Notes under the pieces: generated by a model
What the model saw: the letters and a program-made list of their open reading frames with translations, nothing else
The model's database searches: none
Told to the model about the DNA's origin: nothing
NCBI GenBank assembly: GCA_964348535.1
Contig: CAYGDB010000002.1
Location: forward strand, 1 to 40,217
DNA length: 40,217 bases
Reading direction: 5' to 3'
Source of the DNA: an uncultured Candidatus Saccharibacteria bacterium
GTDB taxonomy: Bacteria; Patescibacteriota; Minisyncoccia; Phycocordibacterales; JAKFXT01
Translations under genes and position numbers: made by a program
Shown here: piece by piece, positions 36,105 through 40,217 of the stretch
Layout of the letters: each line of letters starts with the position of its first letter
Position numbering within the stretch: position 1 is the stretch's first letter

Positions 36105-37184
36105 ATGAAAAAAGTGGGAAAAAAAGTATTCGTTGGGCTTTCGGGCGGAGTGGATTCATCCGTTTCAGCCTATCTTTTAAAGAAAGAGGGCTACGATGTT
36201 GTCGGGGTTTTTATAAAAGTCTGGCAACCAGATTTTATTCAATGTTCTTTGGAAGAAGATCGATTGTCAGCGATGAGAGTTTGTTCTGAACTTGAGATTC
36301 CATTTGAGACGCTTGACCTTGAAGACGAATACAAAAAAGGGGTTATAGATTATATGATTGAAGAGTATCGGGCTGGCAGGACGCCGAATCCGGATGTGAT
36401 GTGCAACAAGGAGGTAAAATTCGGAGCTTTTCTTGATTGGGCAAAAAGTCGCGGAGCGGACTTTGTGGCGACAGGACACTATGCAAGAATTAGCTCTCAG
36501 CTACAAGCTGCTAGCTTTCAGCTTTTAAGAGGAAAAGATAAAGCCAAAGACCAGAGTTATTTTTTATGGACGCTTGGGCAGGAACAATTGAAACATATCT
36601 TATTTCCGGTTGGGCATCTAGAAAAGAGCAAGGTTAGGGAGATTGCTTTAAAAGCAGGACTCTCAACCGCCGGCAAAAAAGACAGTCAAGGGCTTTGTTT
36701 TATCGGCAATGTGGATATGAAAGATTTTCTCAAACATTTCATATCAGAATTTCGCGGAGATGTTTTGAACGAACAAGGAGAAGTTGTCGGATTTCATGAC
36801 GGTTCCGTTTTTGTGACGCTAGGGCAGCGCCACGGTTTTACCATCACCAAAAAAACTCCGCGAGACCTCCCTTACTATGTCATTCAAAAAGATGTCAAGA
36901 AAAACACAATCACTGTTTCTTCTAATTTATCAAACTTAAAACAAAAAGCGAAAAATATTGACCTTAAGGATGTTAATTTTATATCCGGACAAAATCCTCT
37001 TGCCGGAAAATATAGCGCTCAAACAAGATATCATGGTGAAGAGTATGAACTGACAATTTTATTTGATGAGAATCACAAAAATCATTTGCGCTTTACACTT
37101 GATGATTCAGGTTTGGTAGCAGACGGCCAGTCTCTTGTTTTTTACGATGGCGACCTATGTATTGGTGGTGGTGTTGTAGTATAA
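36105..37184 (+). CDS. mnmA: tRNA 2-thiouridine(34) synthase MnmA
   Basis: PP-loop GLSGGVDSSV, NPDVMCNKEVKF, ATGHYAR, KDQSYFL, KKDSQGLCFIG. Confidence 0.95.
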   Translation: MKKVGKKVFVGLSGGVDSSVSAYLLKKEGYDVVGVFIKVWQPDFIQCSLEEDRLSAMRVCSELEIPFETLDLEDEYKKGVIDYMIEEYRAGRTPNPDVMCNKEVKFGAFLDWAKSRGADFVATGHYARISSQLQAASFQLLRGKDKAKDQSYFLWTLGQEQLKHILFPVGHLEKSKVREIALKAGLSTAGKKDSQGLCFIGNVDMKDFLKHFISEFRGDVLNEQGEVVGFHDGSVFVTLGQRHGFTITKKTPRDLPYYVIQKDVKKNTITVSSNLSNLKQKAKNIDLKDVNFISGQNPLAGKYSAQTRYHGEEYELTILFDENHKNHLRFTLDDSGLVADGQSLVFYDGDLCIGGGVVV

Positions 37185-37185
37185 T
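37180..37185 (+). promoter_or_regulatory. -10 box TATAAT (overlapping the mnmA stop codon) 6 nt upstream of ATG 37192; predicted leaderless start
   Basis: gtagTATAATtgccctATG. Confidence 0.4.
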
Positions 37186-37191
37186 TGCCCT

Positions 37192-37647
37192 ATGTCAAAC
37201 AACAGGAAATTAAAATTGTTTTCTTTAATGTTTGGATTTGGTCTGATTGCGGTATTATTATTTATTGCTCTATATTTGAGATATGATCCGAGATACGCGG
37301 TTCAAAAAGATTTGAAATCTGATGTTATTACAACTAAAATATCAGCTTCCCATCAATTTAAAAACGGCTTGCATACCTATGTAGGCGACATTGAGGCACC
37401 CACCCCTTGCCACAGTATTTTTGGAGAGGCTGTGGTGAAGGAATCATATCCGGAACAAGTTGATATTCGTATTGAGACCAAAGAATCAGAAGAAATTTGC
37501 GCTCAAGTAATCACCGCCAAAAAATTTAAAGTCTCTTTTTCAGCAAGCCCTAATCCCGTGGTAAGGGCTTTCGTAAATGGAATACCGGTTTTGCTTGAAG
37601 TGACAGAATCACCGGCCACTGTTAATCTTGAAAAAATTGGATTATAG
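37192..37647 (+). CDS. Hypothetical N-terminally anchored protein (151 aa)
   Basis: One TM helix (LFSLMFGFGLIAVLLFIALYL) followed by a soluble domain containing 2 Cys. Confidence 0.55.
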   Translation: MSNNRKLKLFSLMFGFGLIAVLLFIALYLRYDPRYAVQKDLKSDVITTKISASHQFKNGLHTYVGDIEAPTPCHSIFGEAVVKESYPEQVDIRIETKESEEICAQVITAKKFKVSFSASPNPVVRAFVNGIPVLLEVTESPATVNLEKIGL

Positions 37648-37658
37648 AAAATAGAAAA

Positions 37659-38501
37659 ATGACTAAACGACGGGTACTTATCACCAAAGCGGGCGGGGAC
37701 CAGGAATTGTTTGACCCTGGCAAACTTATTTTTTCACTCCAACGCTCCGGAGCTAAAGACAAAGTTATTAATGAAGTCGTCTCTGCCGTTTCGCGCCAGA
37801 TTCGCTCCGGTATGCCGACATCGGAGATTTATAAAAAAGCTTTTGACCTTTTGCGTCGTATTGAAAAGCCGGTGGCCGCAAGGTATTCTCTGAAAAGAGC
37901 GGTTTTGGAACTTGGTCCTTCGGGATTTCCTTTTGAAAATTTTATTGGTGAAATTTTCAAAGCCAAGGGTTTTACCGTTCAAACAGGCGTAATGGCTCAA
38001 GGTTCTTGCGTTGAGCACGAAGTGGATTTAATCGCCTACAACGAACATAAATTCATCATTGGAGAAGCGAAATTTCACAATGACCTCGGAATCAAAAGCG
38101 ATTTGAAAGTGGCCCTTTATGTGGAGTCTCGCCTTCAAGACCTTCAAAAGTACAGAGCCGAGATGGGCGAGAGAAAAATAGACGAATGCTGGCTTATAAC
38201 CAATACCAAGTTTACAAAGAGCGCCGTTTCTTACGCCAATTGCAAAGGACTTAAAGTGGTTTCGTGGACTTATCCCCGCTATGGCAATCTTCAGGACTTG
38301 ATAGAAGAAGCAAAAGTTCATCCGCTTACTTGCCTTACTTCGCTCTCGCGTCAGGAAAAGACTATGCTTATGGAAAAAGGAGTGGTTCTTTGCAAGTCGA
38401 TTGAAGAAAATAAGAAGACTCTTTCCGAGGCGGGGATTACGGGAGCAAAGCTCGAGAGAGTGCTTGAGGAGGGAAGAAATCTCTGTCAGCCAAATTTTTG
38501 A
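37659..38501 (+). CDS. ATP-cone domain fused to an Mrr-like PD-(D/E)XK restriction-endonuclease-fold domain
   Basis: N-terminal ATP-cone pattern (VLITKAGGDQELFDPGKLIFSLQRSG...EIYKKAFDLL). Then GFPFENFIGEIFKAKGF...EHEVDLIAY...IIGEAKFH (the D...E.K nuclease core). Confidence 0.65.
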   Translation: MTKRRVLITKAGGDQELFDPGKLIFSLQRSGAKDKVINEVVSAVSRQIRSGMPTSEIYKKAFDLLRRIEKPVAARYSLKRAVLELGPSGFPFENFIGEIFKAKGFTVQTGVMAQGSCVEHEVDLIAYNEHKFIIGEAKFHNDLGIKSDLKVALYVESRLQDLQKYRAEMGERKIDECWLITNTKFTKSAVSYANCKGLKVVSWTYPRYGNLQDLIEEAKVHPLTCLTSLSRQEKTMLMEKGVVLCKSIEENKKTLSEAGITGAKLERVLEEGRNLCQPNF

Positions 38502-38537
38502 AGAAGATTTTAATTAACAGTTTAAAAAATAAATTTT

Positions 38538-39002
38538 ATGGAATTTTTTCTAAACGGCGATACGATTCTTTTTGGGAAATTATTACTGGCTCTCACTTTG
38601 GGTCTGGCTCTCGGTTTTGAAAGAACGATTGCCGGAAAAATGGCCGGCATGCGAACATACGCCCTTGTGGCAATGGGTTCCTGTCTTTTGATTATTGTTT
38701 CTCAATCGGTTATGGCTTCTTACATTGGAAACGTTAATTTTGATCCTATGCGTTTGGCCTCTGGAATTATAACCGGAATCGGTTTTATTTGTGGCGGTCT
38801 TATAATTTTTTCAGACAAGAAACTTACTGGCCTTACCACTGCCGCCGGTATGTGGGTGGCGACAGCCATCGGTATCGCGGTCGGGTACGGTCTTTTTATT
38901 CTCGCTGTATTCGCCACCATCCTTACCCTTGCCACTTTCACTCTCCTTTTTAAAGTTGAGGAATCGGTTAGAGAATTTTCCGGCGAAAACGCCAGAGATT
39001 AG
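38538..39002 (+). CDS. mgtC: MgtC/SapB-family membrane protein
   Basis: LALGFERTIAGKMAGMRTYALVAMGSCLL and GIGFICGGLIIF...GLTTAAGMWVATAIGIAVG are typical of the MgtC family. Confidence 0.85.
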   Translation: MEFFLNGDTILFGKLLLALTLGLALGFERTIAGKMAGMRTYALVAMGSCLLIIVSQSVMASYIGNVNFDPMRLASGIITGIGFICGGLIIFSDKKLTGLTTAAGMWVATAIGIAVGYGLFILAVFATILTLATFTLLFKVEESVREFSGENARD

Positions 39003-39100
39003 GGTTTCAAGAGGTGGGGTAACGAGACTTGAAAATAAGCTATTTAAATGATAGGATTTTCTCCAGAAGTTTCGGATAAATCAAACATAAGGAGATGGCC

Positions 39101-39823
39101 ATGCCTAAGGCAAGTCTTAAAGTCAAACCTATTTTAGACAGAATCGCTGTACTTGAGTCTAAAAAGTCTAAAATTCAGGATGACATTAAAAATCAAACTG
39201 AATTGCTTCGTGAGCAGATAAGGAGCGGTGGGACATCTGGCGACAGGATCAGAGATTTCTTGATTGCGCATGACACTTTGCCACCAAAAAAGAATCTTGA
39301 GGAGTTTTGTAATATTCTTGAACTATTCGTTCAAGAACGTGTTGGTCAGTTGGTTCTAACGATTAATGCACCTCCTCTAATGGTTCGCCGTAACGTAATA
39401 GATGGGTCAGGGGACTTTATAGGTGAGCTGGGTGGCTGGTATAACCTTTCCGAGAAAGCTGACCTGCGTCTCGGAATACTTGGTGGCGAGTTGGCGCTAG
39501 ACCTCTTCGATCTTCAGAAGTGTGGTTTTAAGACAAAAAATCACGCCCATTCTGCGGACCTGAAGTCAAAATCAGAGCTTGTTGATGGCGACTTGTTCTT
39601 TGATTTTCTTCGTTATCAGTATTTTTCTCAGTCCTCTAAAGAATTAGGAATACCAAGAATTTTTGATTTTAGGATTGGGGATGATGCAGTTCGTAAATGG
39701 TTCAATAATACCGATGAAAAACGCCAGGGTCTTATTTTTGAGATGGCAAAACTTATAGATCGACCGCTCCCTGACCCTATGGGACTGGAGGAAAGCCTGC
39801 TCAATTGGCGTGAAAGTTCTTAG
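39101..39823 (+). CDS. Hypothetical protein (about 240 aa), N-terminal coiled coil
   Basis: Canonical SD AAGGAG 6 nt before ATG 39101; the ATG at 39095 abuts the SD directly. Terminator downstream. No motif recognised. Confidence 0.55.
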   Translation: MPKASLKVKPILDRIAVLESKKSKIQDDIKNQTELLREQIRSGGTSGDRIRDFLIAHDTLPPKKNLEEFCNILELFVQERVGQLVLTINAPPLMVRRNVIDGSGDFIGELGGWYNLSEKADLRLGILGGELALDLFDLQKCGFKTKNHAHSADLKSKSELVDGDLFFDFLRYQYFSQSSKELGIPRIFDFRIGDDAVRKWFNNTDEKRQGLIFEMAKLIDRPLPDPMGLEESLLNWRESS

Positions 39824-39882
39824 AAACCGGCTTAAGGTTTTGCGTCCTTTCTTAGCTATTCTTGGCGACTGCAAAAAATTTG

Positions 39883-39933
39883 AAAGTCCCCTATCTTATT
39901 GACCGTGTGGTTAGATATGGGACTTTTTCTTTT
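39883..39933 (+). terminator. Rho-independent terminator
   Basis: AAAGTCCCCTATCT-(16 nt)-AGATATGGGACTTT followed by TTCTTTT. Confidence 0.7.
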
Positions 39934-40042
39934 GGTGGCAAAAATAATTTTATTTCATCCCCGCACCAACCTTAAACTGTAATTTAGAATTAGCGCAGGG
40001 TGTAGGTATTTTTTGTGATTTTCTAGAGAGAGGCTTTTAAGG

Positions 40043-40048
40043 TATAAT
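40043..40048 (+). promoter_or_regulatory. -10 box TATAAT 6 nt upstream of ATG 40055; predicted leaderless start
   Basis: aaggTATAATccctaaATG. Confidence 0.45.
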
Positions 40049-40054
40049 CCCTAA

Positions 40055-40217
40055 ATGGCTTTTCTTTATTCTAGACGTGCGCGGAACAATTTTGATCCCG
40101 GTGACGCAAAACCTTTTCGGGTCTCTCGTTCAAAGATAGACCTTTTTGTTGAGTGTCCGCGTTGTTTTTATCTTGACCAACGTCTCGGCATAAAAAGGCC
40201 GGACACATATCCGCTTA
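40055..40217 (+). CDS. PD-(D/E)XK (Cas4/RecB-like) nuclease family protein, N-terminal fragment; continues beyond the window
   Basis: My own translation is MAFLYSRRARNNFDPGDAKPFRVSRSKIDLFVECPRCFYLDQRLGIKRPDTYPL. The SxxxxxxFxxCPRxFYL N-terminus is typical of this family. The frame is open to the window end, and hand-counted coordinates may be off by 1. Confidence 0.5.
   Translation, partial: MAFLYSRRARNNFDPGDAKPFRVSRSKIDLFVECPRCFYLDQRLGIKRPDTYPL

Overview
This is a gene-dense, AT-rich chromosomal segment. By gene content and style it looks like a small-genome, CPR/Patescibacteria-like (Parcubacteria-type) bacterium; that placement is inference, and standard genetic code 11 appears to apply. 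Almost everything is housekeeping. Plus strand unless noted: rarA (3' part), a HAD hydrolase, RNase J (-), an OppA-type solute-binding protein (-), secG (-), groES-groEL, tRNA-Pro(CGG), a SemiSWEET-like PQ-loop protein, a complete F1Fo ATP synthase operon (atpBEFHAGDC), an ArsR-type regulator next to orphan genes, a flavodoxin-fold NAD(P)H oxidoreductase, an RND efflux pair (permease and adaptor, -), ychF, a PRPP-type phosphoribosyltransferase, leuS, a sigma-region-4/HARE-HTH protein, mltG, mnmA, an ATP-cone/Mrr-like nuclease fusion, mgtC, and a partial PD-(D/E)XK nuclease at the 3' edge. I saw no rRNA, CRISPR array, transposase, integrase or phage genes.

Most worth a second look:
1. The LeuRS ORF is about 1089 aa and carries two in-frame insertions. 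One is a textbook Nudix domain nested in the CP1 region. The other is a roughly 130-aa AT-rich module flanked by AGCT-periodic inverted repeats.
2. One of those repeats, a 30-nt element, recurs in the same reading frame inside mnmA.
3. Nine tandem AGACANN heptamers fill the groES-groEL spacer.
4. A tRNA-like 5' half and a roughly 170-nt strongly structured, pseudoknot-capable RNA flank tRNA-Pro.
5. 69-nt direct repeats bracket the phosphoribosyltransferase gene.
6. Three copies of a 25-nt ATTCGTnnGAAT-containing repeat surround the ArsR gene and an orphan 341-aa gene.
7. A TATAAT-N6-ATG (leaderless) start architecture recurs, while canonical Shine-Dalgarno sites appear only on a few orphan genes.

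All functional calls rest on motif recognition by eye. No database searches were run.
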